Under the pieces are notes generated by a model, which saw nothing but the letters and a program-made list of their open reading frames with translations, was not told the origin of the DNA and ran no database searches. A stretch of DNA of 64,000 bases from Malacoraja senta (taxonomy: Eukaryota), in assembly GCA_038087875.1 (NCBI GenBank), contig CM075989.1, positions 1,426,001-1,490,000 on the forward strand, written 5' to 3'. Positions 26,204-38,590 of the stretch are shown here, piece after piece (position 1 is the first letter of the stretch; every line of letters starts with the position of its first letter). The position numbers were made by a program, and so were the translations under genes.

Positions 26204-26926
26204 AGGTCTGGAAGCCTGAGGGAACTCTGTCACATTCACACCATGGCCCCATTAAGCACAAATTGTCTTTCCTTGGCACCCATTGTCAAATCACATCTTA
26301 AATATCAGCTCACAGGTGATCAGCTTCACTGTGCAAACTAGCCTACTGACAAATATTCTGCTTCATGAATTAGAAGGTATAAATGTCCCATGTACAGAGC
26401 AGTGTTTTCTCATCACCATAGGTGGTGGGTGTGTGGAACCAGCTGCCAGAGTTGAGGCAGGTACTATAACAACATTGCAAAGACATTTGGACAGGTACAT
26501 GGATAGCAAAAGCAATTCACCGTACCTCGGTACACATGATGATAAACTAATCTCAACTCAAGATTTAGAGGATAGACACAAAATGCTGGAGTAACTCAGA
26601 CAACATTATCTCTGGATGGAAGGAATGGGTGATGTTTAGAGAGGTTGAGATGGATATAGGCCAAACGTGGGCAAATGGGACTTGCGTAGATGGAGCATCT
26701 TGCATGGATGAGTTTGGCTGAAGGGCCTGATTTTATGCTGCATGACTCTTGTTGCCCACACACCCAACTACTCCCTTGTGAAAGACAGGAGCTATTGCAT
26801 CTTTAGATTGGCCATCACATCAGTGAGCTGACCATTTGCAGGAAGCCTCACTGGAGATTTCACACAATGCAATTGTCTTTAATTGAGAAGGAAACTCATC
26901 TCTTTGTTTCTTCTCCCTGTGTGCAG

Positions 26927-27044
26927 TGACGTGAGTGTGGATGACGAGCCTCCATGCCCAGAGGACATCGATTATTTCACGGACAACTGCACCGAGGATG
27001 AAGATGATGCGATTGACCTTCGCCCCGAGGTCACCGACTGCTGA
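26927..27044 (+). CDS. Putative terminal coding exon of an unidentified host gene, acidic C-terminus
   Basis: Strong acceptor CTCTTTGTTTCTTCTCCCTGTGTGCAG; phase-2 frame DVSVDDEPPCPEDIDYFTDNCTEDEDDAIDLRPEVTDC*; many codons end in G/C, CpGs retained, no repeat similarity seen. Confidence 0.68.
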
Positions 27045-27974
27045 GGGTGAACTCCATTGCTGAGATGTGGTGCTCATTGTAGACAGTACCAATGATGCCC
27101 ACTCTGAGTGAAGGGTCAAGGCCATGCCTTATACCAGTGACACCAAATGTGTGGAGAGTGGGGACTGAGCAAAAAGCTGCTGAATGCAGTTTGTACCTTT
27201 CACCTTTGAGGTGAACTGAACATTATCTACAGCGACTGCATCACCCATTGGATCTTGCTCAGTGTTTCAATATCCTTCAATATCTAATTACATTGCAGTA
27301 TCCTGCTTGCCCTCATACTTCGCTGAAAGTAGTCCTAGGACATCCGTAGTGGATCACCGAACCTGCATTGCTGGAGGACCTCCCTCCAGGATGTGTCAGA
27401 GAGTGGATCTTGACATGGCAGCACCCATCACTGGACCTTGGTCCACAAATCAGAGACACAAGAAAGATTACAGAGGCTGGAATTTGGAACAATACACAGG
27501 CTGCTGGTCTGTGTAGGCAAAGGGATGGTCAGCATTTTGGGTTTCTTCAGTAAATAATCCAATTTATTTCCTCCACATGGCTGGAAGTCTAGTAGCACGA
27601 TGTTTGCAGCTTTCAGGGTGGTTATTAGAGTCTGTGAGCTTGGTGCTAGCCAATGCCAGGTTATGGCATTTCATCAGGTCCTTTCAGAGGGGTGGTTAGA
27701 GTTCTTGAGGATACTATTTTCAGAGAGATGAAACCTAGCCCATTCATCTCTGATCTAATTGTGTCCTTGTACTTAGAAACCATCAGCTTCGGCCCACTGA
27801 GTCCACACCAACCAGCGATCCCCGCACACTAACACTATCCCACACACTAGGGACAATTTACTTTTATACCAACGCCAATTAACGTACAAACCAGTCTGTC
27901 TTTGGAGTGTGGGAAGAAACTGGAGCATTTGGTGAAAACCCACGCAGGTCACAGGAAGAACGTACAAACTCCTT

Positions 27975-29760
27975 TTAACCATATAACCATATAACAATTA
28001 CAGCACGGAAACAGGCCATCTCGGCCCTTCTAGTCCGTGCCGAATACTTACTCTCACCTAGTCCCATCTACCTGCACTCAGACCATAACCCTCCATTCCT
28101 TTCCCGTCCATATACTTATCCAATTTATTTTTAAATGATAAAATCGAAACTGCCTCAACCACTTCCACTGGAAGCTCATTCCACACAGCTACTACTCTCT
28201 GAGTAAAGAAGTTCCCCCTCATGTTACCCCGAAACTTTTGTCCCTTAATTCTCAAATCATGTCCTCTAGTTTGAATCTTCCCTATTCTCAATGGAAAAAG
28301 CTTATCCACGTCAACTCTATCCCTCTCATAATTTTAAAGACCTCTATCAAGTCCCCCCTTAACTTTCTGCGCTCCAAAGAATAAAGACCTAATTTGTTCA
28401 ACCCTTCTCTGTAACTTAGGTGCTGAAACCCAGGCATCTCTCTATTTTGTTGACATCTTTCCTATAATTTGGCGACCAAAATTGTACACCATACCAGAAT
28501 TGGCCTCACCAAAGCCTTGTACAATTTTAACATTACATCCCAACTTCTATACTCAATGCTCTGATTTATAAAGGCCAGCACACCAAAAGCTTTCTTTACC
28601 ACCCTATCTACATGTGATTCCACCTTCAGGGAACTATGTGGGGTTAAGAAAGCTTATTGGTGTGCTAGGCCTTCATAAGCAGAGGATTTGAGTATAGAAG
28701 TTGGGATGTATACTGCAATTGTACAAGGCTTGGTGAGGCCAATTCTGGTATTGCGTACAATTTTGGTCTCCTAATCTGAGGAAAGACATTCTTGCCATAG
28801 AAGGAGTACAGAGAAGGTTCACCAGACTGATTCCTGGGATGTCAGGACTTTCATATGAAGAAAGACTGGATAGACTCGGCTTGTACTCGCTAGAATTTAG
28901 AAGATTGAGGTGGGATCTTATAGAAACTTACAAAATTCTTAAGGGGTTGGACAGGCTAGATGCAGGAAGATTGTTCCCGATGTTGGGAAAGCCCAGAACA
29001 AGGGGTCACAGTTTAAGGATAAGGGGGGAGTCTTTTGGGACCGAGATGAGAAAAACATTTTTCACACAGAGAGTGGTGAATCTGTGGAATTCTCTGCCAC
29101 AGAAGGTAGTTGAGGCCAGTTCATTGGCTATATTTAAGAGGGAGTTAGATGTGGCCCTTGTGGCTAAAGGGATCAGGGGTATGGAGAGAAGGCAGGTACA
29201 GGATACTGAGTTGGATGATCAGCCATGATCATATTGAATGGCGGTGCAGGCTCGAAGGGCCGAATGGCCGACTCCTGCACCTATTTTCTATGTTTCTAAG
29301 GTCTGGAAGCCTGAGGGAACTCTGTCACATTCACACCATGGCCCCATTAAGCACAAATTGTCTTTCCCTGGCACCCATTGTCAAATCACATCTTAAAGAT
29401 CAGCTCACAGGTGATCAGCTTCACTGTGCAAACTAGCCTACTGACAAATATTCTGCTTCATGAATTAGAAGGTATAAATGTCCCATGTACAGAGCAGTGT
29501 TTTCTCATGTTTACTCCTGCACCTATTTTCTATGTTTCTATGTTTCTATGTCTATGCACAGTTATTCCTAGATCCCTCTGTTCAACTGCATTCCTCAATT
29601 CGCTACCATTTACCATGTACGTCCTATTTTGATTTGTCCTGCCGAGATGTAGCACCTCACACTTATCAGCATTAAACTCCATCTGCCATCTTTCAGCCCC
29701 ACTCTTCCAAATGGCCTAAATCTCTCTGTAGACTTTGAAAATCGACTTGATTATCCACAC
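27975..29760 (-). mobile_element. CR1 LINE ((ATATGGTT)n-tail subfamily), 27975-28638 plus 29552-29760, split by a composite insert
   Basis: DKLFPLRIGKIQTRGHDLRI; GAACTATG|CACAGTTATTCC is continuous across the insert; same subfamily as 43729-44180. Confidence 0.85.
28639..29551 (+). mobile_element. Composite insert: inverted copy of the target, CR1 3' end, 210-bp unique flank copy, second CR1 tail
   Basis: 29299-29508 repeats 26204-26413 with 2 substitutions; CTATG at 28634-28638 and 29552-29556. Confidence 0.8.
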
Positions 29761-30102
29761 ACCACCGTGTTGTCGACAGCACGTATAGACAGCACCCAGT
29801 GTCAGGATGAAACCCGGGTTCCGGCGCTGTTAAGCAGCAATTCTCCCACTGCGTCATCGTGCCACACTTGTTGAACATCTTGAGCTGAGGTTCTACCTGT
29901 TGAAAATGGAGCCAATTTGCTGTGGAACTGCCCTGGAGAGTATTTTGTAGGTTGTACCCAGATGGATCTGAATGATGGATGGGTCTGATGAAGGGTCTCA
30001 ACTCAAAACGTCCTAGACAATGTGCTTCCATTGATAAAATGCATGAAAGCTCTACTATAAAAGCTGCCCATCTGTTTCTGAACACCATGATCTCTGCTCA
30101 TA

Positions 30103-30297
30103 GAAACAAATGCTGGCGGGACAGGCAGCATCTCTGGAGAAAAGGAATGGGTGACGTTTCGGGTCAAGACCCTTCGTCTGAAGAAGGGGTTCAACCCGAA
30201 ATGTCACCCATTCCTTCTCTCCAGAGATGTTGCCTGTCCCGTGAGTATTTTGTGTCTATATTTGGTGTAAAGCAGCACCTGCAGTTCCTTCCTACAC
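30103..30297. mobile_element. Fold-back pair of Penelope-like terminal repeats
   Basis: 30116-30174 is the imperfect reverse complement of about 30180-30241; hammerhead-like cores meet at the centre. Confidence 0.78.
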
Positions 30298-31413
30298 CTA
30301 TCTCTGCTGACCAGCACCAATACCTTTCCTTGACTGTAGAAAGTCTGTAGTTTTCTGTACTGTGTCTGTTAGCAACTGATGCAGAAACCATGTCAAGTTT
30401 GCAATGGATAGCTTGTTGTGGGTAAACTGAATGAATAATCATTTCCTTACCATGAAGGTCAACACTGACATGAAGAAAAATGAGTTTAAAGAAAAGTACA
30501 GAAAGTGCTGTAGTACCTCAGCGGGTCAGGCAGCATCCCTGGTTAGGTCTGTCAGGTGTGTCTGCCTGCTCTGCTTCTCAAAGTGCCCACACCATTCTCA
30601 CTCTCTAACTGCTCCCATTCCCCCATGCTCCAGATCACCTTGTTTACAGTGTTTCCACAACCCGACACTCCAGCTTTACCCAGTCATTCCCACCCTCCAT
30701 TCTTGCTGCACTTTAACAAGCTTCTCCATCAAATGTCTTCATCCTGAAAGTTTAGCCCTGTTTCTCTCCCCATGGATGCAGCCTGACCTGCTGAGTATTT
30801 CAACGTCAATTTGTTTCATCTCTAGATTTCCAGTGTATGCAGTTGTTTGCATTTCATTTGCTAATTGGGTTAAAAGCTCATGGCCTCCATCTGCTACTCC
30901 TTCAGTTTCTGTGCCAACTCCATGAATCTATCTGACTCTCTTCATTATTTTATAATACTTTTAAAGTGCCTGTATCATCTTTACGTATCACCGAACACGT
31001 TCTGACCTTGGAATCCAAATAACAGTCATGAAGTCAACTAAGTTTCTGCCTATAAACCGGGAACTCTGAGGCAAATGTTGAGTAAACACTTTATTGAAAA
31101 CCTTCGATGTACGCTATGACTGTTCAACTCTCTTTATCTAATCCTCATTTCTTCAAAAATCTGTCAGGTACTTTTTAGCAAATTTGTGCCCACGCTCCCT
31201 GGTTCCTAAATATGTTCTTATTTTCTCTTAAATTATAAAATAAAAGAGTTTGACAAAAACAAATGTTAGATGATGTGATCTGTGGATGCCAAACATCTAC
31301 GTGGGACTTTTTTGACCATCCAGGTTATACTAACAGATATTTATTTTACTCACATTCTCATCACACCCCCCCCCCCCCGACATTCCATCACTCACCATCA
31401 CTTTAAAGGCCAT

Positions 31414-31712
31414 TTAGTTTAGTTTGGTTTAGTTTTAGAAACACAGGCACTGTGTCCGCACCAACCAGCGATCCCCGCACACTAACACTGTCTTACACAC
31501 ACAAGGGACAATTTACAATTTTGCCAAAGTGAATTAAGTTGCAAACCTGTACGTCTTTGGAGTATGGGAGTAAACCGGAGCACCTGGAGAAAACCCACGC
31601 TGGTCACGAAGAGAAAGTACATACTCCGTACAGACAGCTCCCGTAGTCAGGATTGAACCCAGGTCTCTGGTGCTGTAAGGCAGCACCTCTACCGCTGTAC
31701 CACCGTGCTGCC
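31414..31712 (-). mobile_element. tRNA-derived SINE
   Basis: Family match to 7972-8281. Confidence 0.82.
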
Positions 31713-32016
31713 CTGAAGCCAAATAACCAACCCGCACATTCCTAATATGAGGCAACAGGAGCTCCCAGAGGAAGCCCATATGGTGAGTGGGAGAACATGC
31801 TAACTCCACACAGACAGCACCCATGGTCAGGATCAATTCCAATGGGTCAGCGGCTCTACTGGCTGTGCCACAATACCACCCTGAGATCAGACCATCGCAA
31901 TCCTGCCAGGCCAGGTCCAATTCTGACTTGGTACAAATTATTTTCCTATCTACCTATCATATACAGTACTCTTCCACTAATGCAGGTAAAATCTGACACA
32001 GGATTGTGCGGCCCAT

Positions 32017-32292
32017 TGGCGCAGTGTTACAGTTACTACCATTCAGCACCATAGACCCGGGTTCAATCCTGACTATGGGTGCTATCTGTACAGAGTTTGT
32101 ACGTTCTTCCTGTGACCTGCATTGGTTTCCTCTCACACTCCAAATACATGGTGTTTATAGGTTAATTGGCTTCTGTAAAATTGTAAATCGTACCTAGTGT
32201 GTAGAATAGTGTTAGTGTGCGGGGATCGCTGGTTGGCGCGGACTCAGTGGGCCGAAAGGCCTGTTTCCGCTTCGCATCTCTAAACTAAACTA
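32017..32292 (+). mobile_element. tRNA-derived SINE
   Basis: TGGCGCAGTG...GGTTCAATCC head and (TAAAC)n tail. Confidence 0.82.
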
Positions 32293-32658
32293 AGATGTCA
32301 ATAATGACACTCAATGTCCTCATATTTCTCCAGTGACATGCCATTGAGGGATGGAGGGAGGGGACGTCAGGCAGAGTAGGAATCATTGGGTCTACCCACT
32401 GACTGTGGAAGACTGGGAATTTCCAATAGGGATGGTTCGAATGTCCATCTTAAGGTCAACAATGAGCAGGATACCCTCATGTGTCTGTCACCTGGGGATT
32501 TGCAGCAGCACCTACCTGCTTTACCCCGTTACCGGGAGTTACGTCAAATAGCAGCAACTGTCGCAGAAATGGAGTGCCCAGGATCTGGCCATGATAGTGG
32601 ATGGATTTGGACTCTTCCTCTGTTGCAACAGTTGACCCTGTCCCCACTATGTGTGATT

Positions 32659-32927
32659 GCCCTGGCCCTGGCTCTGGCCCTGGCCCTGGCCCTGGCCCTG
32701 GCTCTGGCCCTGGCCCTGGCCCTGGCCCTGGCCCTGGCCCTGGCCCTGGCCCTGGCCCTGGCCCTGGCCCTGGCTCTGGCCCTGGCCCTGGCCCTGGCCC
32801 TGGCCCTGGCTCTGGCCCTGGCCCTGGCCCTGGCCCTGGGCCCTGGCTCTGGCCCTGGCCCTGGCCCTGGCTCTGGCCCTGGCTCTGGCCCTGGCCCTGG
32901 CCCTGGCCCTGGCCCTGGCCCTGGCCC
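32659..32927. repeat. (CCCTGG)n hexamer microsatellite, about 44 units, with CTCTGG variants
   Basis: Seen directly; one extra G at about 32840. Confidence 0.97.
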
Positions 32928-33666
32928 AGTGTGAGTGGCACCCCTGCTTTATTCATCCTCTGCTGTCAGACGTCTGGGGCATATCTACACTGGACTCTGT
33001 GCATGCTATGTTTACTTGGGTTGCAACAGCCTGGCTGACAGCAAAGGCTCAGACTTGAATCATCATTCCTCTTCTGCTGACATGGACTCCTGGATATTCC
33101 TACCTCCCCCACACCGCCACCTAAAGATATTTCTGTATCCATCAAACACCCCCCCCCCTCCCCCCTCTTTTTTATGTTCGTTACTTTTAAAGCAATGGAA
33201 AGGGATTTGAGGAGAGTGTCCATGAGACCCAACAATGATGATGGGTCGAATGGCCTTCCAATATGATTCAATGAAGAATGGGCACATCCTTTTTTTCTGT
33301 GTTCCTGTTTACCTTTTCCTCCACTTTGTTTAATCCTCGCTGGAAATGTTCACCTCCTACTATGTCAGTGCTGTTCCCTTTCCTTTCTTTTGGATGTCTC
33401 CAGATTACCAATCAGTTGGGTTCCAGTTTCTGCAGGTTAATATAGTTCTGTAACATGCTGGTTATTCTCCTCACAGAGTTACACTGTTACATTGTTCATC
33501 AAATTTTTGAACCTTCCCTCCTGCTTATAACTTGATCCCATTCTTAGTTTTACCAGCCTTGGGAAGTAGAACACAAGCCATATGTATTAATTGAATTGAA
33601 TGAATACATGTTATTAGCCAAGTATGTATACATACAAGGAATTTGCCTTGGGGCTTTGCTCGCAAG

Positions 33667-34930
33667 TCTGACAAATCTGATAGAATTTTTCGAGGATGTA
33701 ACTAGTAGAGTGGATAAGGGAGAACCAGTGGATGTGTTATATCTGGACTTTCAGAAGGCTTTCGACAAGGTCCCACATAAGAGATTAGTATACAAACTTA
33801 AAGCACACGGTATTGGGGGTTCAGTATTGATGTGGATAGAGAACTGGCTGGCAGACAGGAAGCAAAGAGTAGGAGTAAACAGGTCCTTTTCAGAATGGCA
33901 GGCAGTGACTAGTGGGGTACCGCAAGGCTCAGTGCTGGGACCCCAGCTATTTACAATATATATTAATGATTTGGACGAGGGAATTGAATGCAACATCTCC
34001 AAGTTTTGCGGATGACACAAAGCTGGGGGGGCAGTGTTAGCTGTGAGGAGGATGTTAGGAGGCTGCAAGGTGACTTGGATAGGTTGGGTGAGTGGGCAAA
34101 TGCATGGCAGATGCAGTATAATGTGGATAAATGTGAGGTTATCCACTTTGGTGGCAAAAACAGGAAAGTAGACTATTATCTAAATGGTGGCCGATTAGGA
34201 AAAGGGGAGATGCAACGAGACCTGGGTGTCATGGTACACCAGTCTTTGAAAGTAGGCATGCAGGTGCAGCAGGCAGTGAAGAAAGCGAATGGTATGTTAG
34301 CATTCATAGCAAAAGGATTTGAGTGTAGGAGCAGGGAGGTTCTACTGCAGTTGTACAGGGTCTTGGTGAGACCACACCTGGAGTATTGCGTACAGTTTTG
34401 GTCTCCTAATCTGAGGAAAGACATTCTTGCCATAGAGGGAGTACAGAGAAGGTTCACCAGACTGATTCCTGGGATGTCAGGACTTTCATATGAAGAAAGA
34501 CTGGATAGACTCGGCTTGTACTCGCTTGAATTTAGAAGATTGAGGTGGGATCTTATAGAAACTTACAAAATTCTTAAGGGGTTGGACAGGCTAGATGCAG
34601 GAAGATTGTTCCCGATGTTGGGGAAGTCCAGAACAAGGGGTCACAGTTTAAGGTTAAGGGGGAAGTCTTTTAGGACCGAGATGAGAAAAACATTTTTCAC
34701 ACAGAGAGTGGTGTATCTCTGGAATTCTCTGCCAGAAGGTAGTTGAGGCCAGTTCATTGGGTATATTTAAGAGGGAGTTAGATGTGGCCCTTGTGGCTAA
34801 ATGGATCAGGGGATATGGAGAGAAGGCAGGTACAGGATACTGAGTTGGATGATCATATTGAATGGCGGTGCAGGCTCGAAGTGCCGAATGGCCTACTCCT
34901 ACACCTATTTTCTATGTTTCTATGTTTCTA
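33667..34930 (+). mobile_element. CR1/HER1 LINE, 5'-truncated, inserted in a Rex/L2-like 3' end (33591-33666 and 34931-35017)
   Basis: RT motifs with frameshifts; (TTTCTATG)n tail. Confidence 0.92.
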
Positions 34931-35170
34931 ACAACACGATATACAGTAGACAATTCTAAATAAAACATTTTAATATAAACATGTGAAGATTAAATAAAAT
35001 ACCAGAGCAAAAGGACGCAGGCAGGAGTAATATTATATAAAATTAACTATCATCTACAGTAAAGCAATGGAGGATATATTTGCAAGTAATATAAGTAACG
35101 TCGGCAGTACACAAAAATGCTGGAGAAACTCAGCGGGTGCAGCAGCATCTATGGAGCGAAGGAAATAGGC

Positions 35171-35198
35171 AACGTTTCGGGCCGAAACCCTTCTTCAG
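35171..35198 (-). ncRNA. Minimal hammerhead-ribozyme-like core in the Penelope terminal repeat (inverted arm)
   Basis: Minus strand CTGAAGA-AGGG-TTTCGG-CCC-GAAAC-GTT; such cores are known in Penelope pLTRs. Confidence 0.55.
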
Positions 35199-35916
35199 AC
35201 TGATAGGGGGGTGGAGAGAAGAAAGGAAAAAAGGAAAAAAAGGCAGAGGAGGAGCCCGAGGGCTGGGGGATGGAGGAGACAACCAGAGGGCTGATGAAGG
35301 GGAGGGTCAGCAAGGGCTAGCAGAATTGGGAGAATTAAATGTTCATGCCCCCAGGGTGTAGACTGCCCAAGCGGAATATGAGGTGCACTTCCTCCAATTT
35401 CCGGTGTTGCTCGCTGTGGCCATGGAGGAGACCTAGGACAGAGAGGTCAGATATGGAATGGGAGGGGGAGTTGAAGTGCTGAACCACCGGGATGTCAGGT
35501 TGGTTTTTGCGGACCGACCGGAGGTGTTCGGCGAAACGATCGCCAAGCCTCCGCTTGATCTCACCGATGGAGATCAGCTGACATCTAGAGGACTAGAGGG
35601 ACTCTGCCCTTGTTGTGAGTGGGGGGATGGGGAGAGAGAGCAGTGTTGCGGGGTCCCCCTAGTCCTCACCTTTCACCCCACCAGCCGTCACATACAACAA
35701 GTGATCCTCTGTCAGTTTTGCCACCTCCAACGTGACCCCACCACTCACCACATCTTCCCATCTCCCCCCATGTCTGCCTTCCGCAAAGACCGCTCCCTCC
35801 GTAACTCCCTTGTCAATTCTTCCCTTCCCTCCCGTACCACCCCCTCCCTGGGTACTTTACTCCATTCAAGGACCTAAGCAGTCGTTCCAGGTGTGACAGA
35901 GGTTCACCTGCATCTC

Positions 35917-38590
35917 GGGGTATTTCCAGGGATATTCAATATTCAGGAGGGATAGAGAGAAAGGAAAAGGTGGTGGAGTAGCGTTGCTGGTTAGAGAAGA
36001 GATTAACGCAGCGGAAAAGAAGGACATTAGCTTGGAGGATGTGGAATCGGTATGGGTAGAGCTGCGAAACACTAAGGGGCAGAAAACGCTGGTGGGTGTT
36101 GTGTACAGGCCACCTAGCAGTAGTAGTGAAGTTGGGGATGGCATCAAACAGGAAATTAGAAATGCTTGCAACAAAGGCAAAACAGTTATAATGGGTGACT
36201 TCAATCTACATATAGATTGGGTGAATCAAATTGGCAGGGGTGCTGAGGAAGAGGATTTCTTGGAATGTATGCGGGATAGTTATCTAAACCAACATCTAGA
36301 GGAACCAACGAGAGAGCAGGCTATTCTAGACTGGGTATTGAGTAATGAGGAAGGTTTAGTTAGCAGTCTTGTTGTGCATGCCCCCTTGGGCAAGAGTGAC
36401 CATAATATGGTTGAGTTCTTCATTAGGATGGAGAGTGACATTGTTAATTCAGAAACAACGGTTCTGAACTTAAAGAAAGGTAACTTTGAGTGTATGAGAC
36501 GTGAATTGGCCAAGATTGACTAGCAATTAGTTCTAAAAGGGTTGACGGTGGATATGCAATGGAAGGCATTTAAAGACTGCATGGATGAACTACAAAAATT
36601 GTTCATCCCAGTTTGGCAAAAGAATAAATCAGGGAAGGTAGTGCATCCGTGGATAACAAGGGAAATCAGGGATGGTATCAAAGCAAAAGATGATGCGTAC
36701 AAATTAGCCAGAAAAAGCAGCATACCAGAGGACTGGGAGAAATTCAGAGACCAGCAGAAGAGGACAAAGGGCTTAATTAGGAAAGGGAAATAGATTATGA
36801 AAGAAAACTGGCAGGGAACATAAAAACTGACTGCAAACATTTTTATAGATATGTGAAGAGAAAGAGATTAGTTAAAACAAATGTAGGTCCCTTGCAGTCA
36901 GAAACAGGTGAATTGATCATGGGGAACAAGGATATGGCGGACCAATTGAATAACTACTTTGGTTCCGTCTTCACTAAGGAAGACATAAATAATCTGCCGG
37001 AAATAGCAGGGGACCGCGGGTCAAAAGAGATAGAGGAACTGAGTGAAATCCAGGTTAGTCGGGAAGTGGTGTTGGGTAAATTGAATGGATTAAAGGCCGA
37101 TAAATCACCAGGGCCAGATAGGCTGCATCCCAGAGTACTTAAGGAAGTAGCTCCAGAAATAGTGGATGCATTAGTGATAATTTTTCAAAACTCTTTAGGT
37201 TCTGGAGTAGTTCCTGAGGATTGGTGGGTAGCAAACGTAACCCCACTTTTTAAGAAGGGAGGGAGAGAGAAAACGGGGAATTACAGACCAGTTAGTCTAA
37301 CATCGGTAGTGGCGAAACTGCTAGAGTCAGTTATTAAAGATGGGATAGCAGCACATATGGAAAGTGGTGAAATCATTGGACAAAGTCAGCATGGATTTAC
37401 GAAAGGTAAATCATGTCTGACGAATCTTATAGAATTTTTCGAGGATGTAACTAGTAGAGTGGATAAGGGAGAACCAGTGGATGTGTTGTATCTGGACTTT
37501 CAGAAGGCTTTCGACAAGATCCCACATAAGAGATTAGTATACAAACTTAAAGCACACGGTATTGGGGGTTCAGTATTGATGTGGATAGAGAACTGGCTGG
37601 CAAACAGGAAGCAAAGAGTAGGAGTAAACGGGTCCTTTTCACAATGGCAGGCAGTGACTAGTGGGGTACCGCAAGGCTCAGTGCTGGGACCCCAGCTATA
37701 TACAATTTATATTAATGAACTGGATGAGGGAATTGAAGGCAACACCTCCAAGTTTGCGGATGACACTAAGCTGGGGGGCAGTGTTAGCTGTGAGGAGGAT
37801 GCTAGGAGACTGCAAGGTGACTTGGATAGGTTGGGTGTGTGGGCAAATGCATGGCAGATGCAGTATAATGTGGATAAATGTGAGGTTATCCACTTTGGTG
37901 GCAAAAACAGGAAAGTTGACTATTATCTGAATGGTGGCCGATTAGGAAAAGGGGAGATGCAACGAGACCTGTGTGTCATGGTACACCAGTCATTGAAAGC
38001 AGGCATGCAGGTGCAGCAGGCAGTGAAGAAAGCGAATGGTATGTTAGCATTCATAGCAAAAGGATTTGAGTATAAGAGCAGGGAGGTTCTACTGCAGTTG
38101 TACAGGGTCTTGGTGAGACCACACCTGGAGTATTGCGTACAGTTTTGGTGTCCTAATCTAGCTTATACTCGCTAGAATTTAGGAGATTGAGAGGGGATCT
38201 TATAGAAACGTACAAAATTCTTATGGGGTTGGACAGGCTAGATGCAGGAAGATTGTTCCCAATGTTGGGGAAGTCCAGGACAAGGGGTCACAGCTTAAGG
38301 ATAAGGGGGAAATCCTTTAAGACCGAGCTGAGAAAAAAAAATTCACACAGTGAGTGGTGAATCTCTGGAACTCTCTGCCACAGAGGGTAGTTGAGGCCAG
38401 TTCATTGGCTATATTTAAGAGGGAGTTAGATGTGGCCCTTGTCGCTAAAGGGATCAGGGGGTATGGAGAGAAGGCAGGTACGGGATACTGCGTTGGATGA
38501 TCAGCCATGATCATATTGAATGGCGGTGCAGGCTCGAAGGGCCGAATGGCCTACTCCTGCACCTATTTTAGATGGCCTACTCCTGCACCT
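35917..38590 (+). mobile_element. CR1/HER1 LINE, most of ORF2, nested in the Penelope element
   Basis: EN 35984-36523 and RT 36853-38175; ATCTC duplicated at 35912-35916 and 38591-38595. Confidence 0.95.
36853..38175 (+). pseudogene. CR1 reverse transcriptase domain, longest open stretch (440 aa)
   Basis: [42 protein letters not shown]; upstream stop and frameshift, downstream deletion at about 38160. Confidence 0.93.

Larger units (their letters stand above)
27773..29864 (-). mobile_element. SINE (27773-27972 plus about 29783-29864) split by a CR1 insertion
   Basis: CGTACAAACTCC|GTATAGACAGCACC restores the SINE consensus seen in other copies. Confidence 0.7.

Noticed and set aside
32477..33058. 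ORFs with poly-PG, WP, AL or GQ tracts as real proteins
   Set aside because: They are open because the hexamer repeat has no stop in any frame; only the acceptor-linked frame is kept as a weak candidate.
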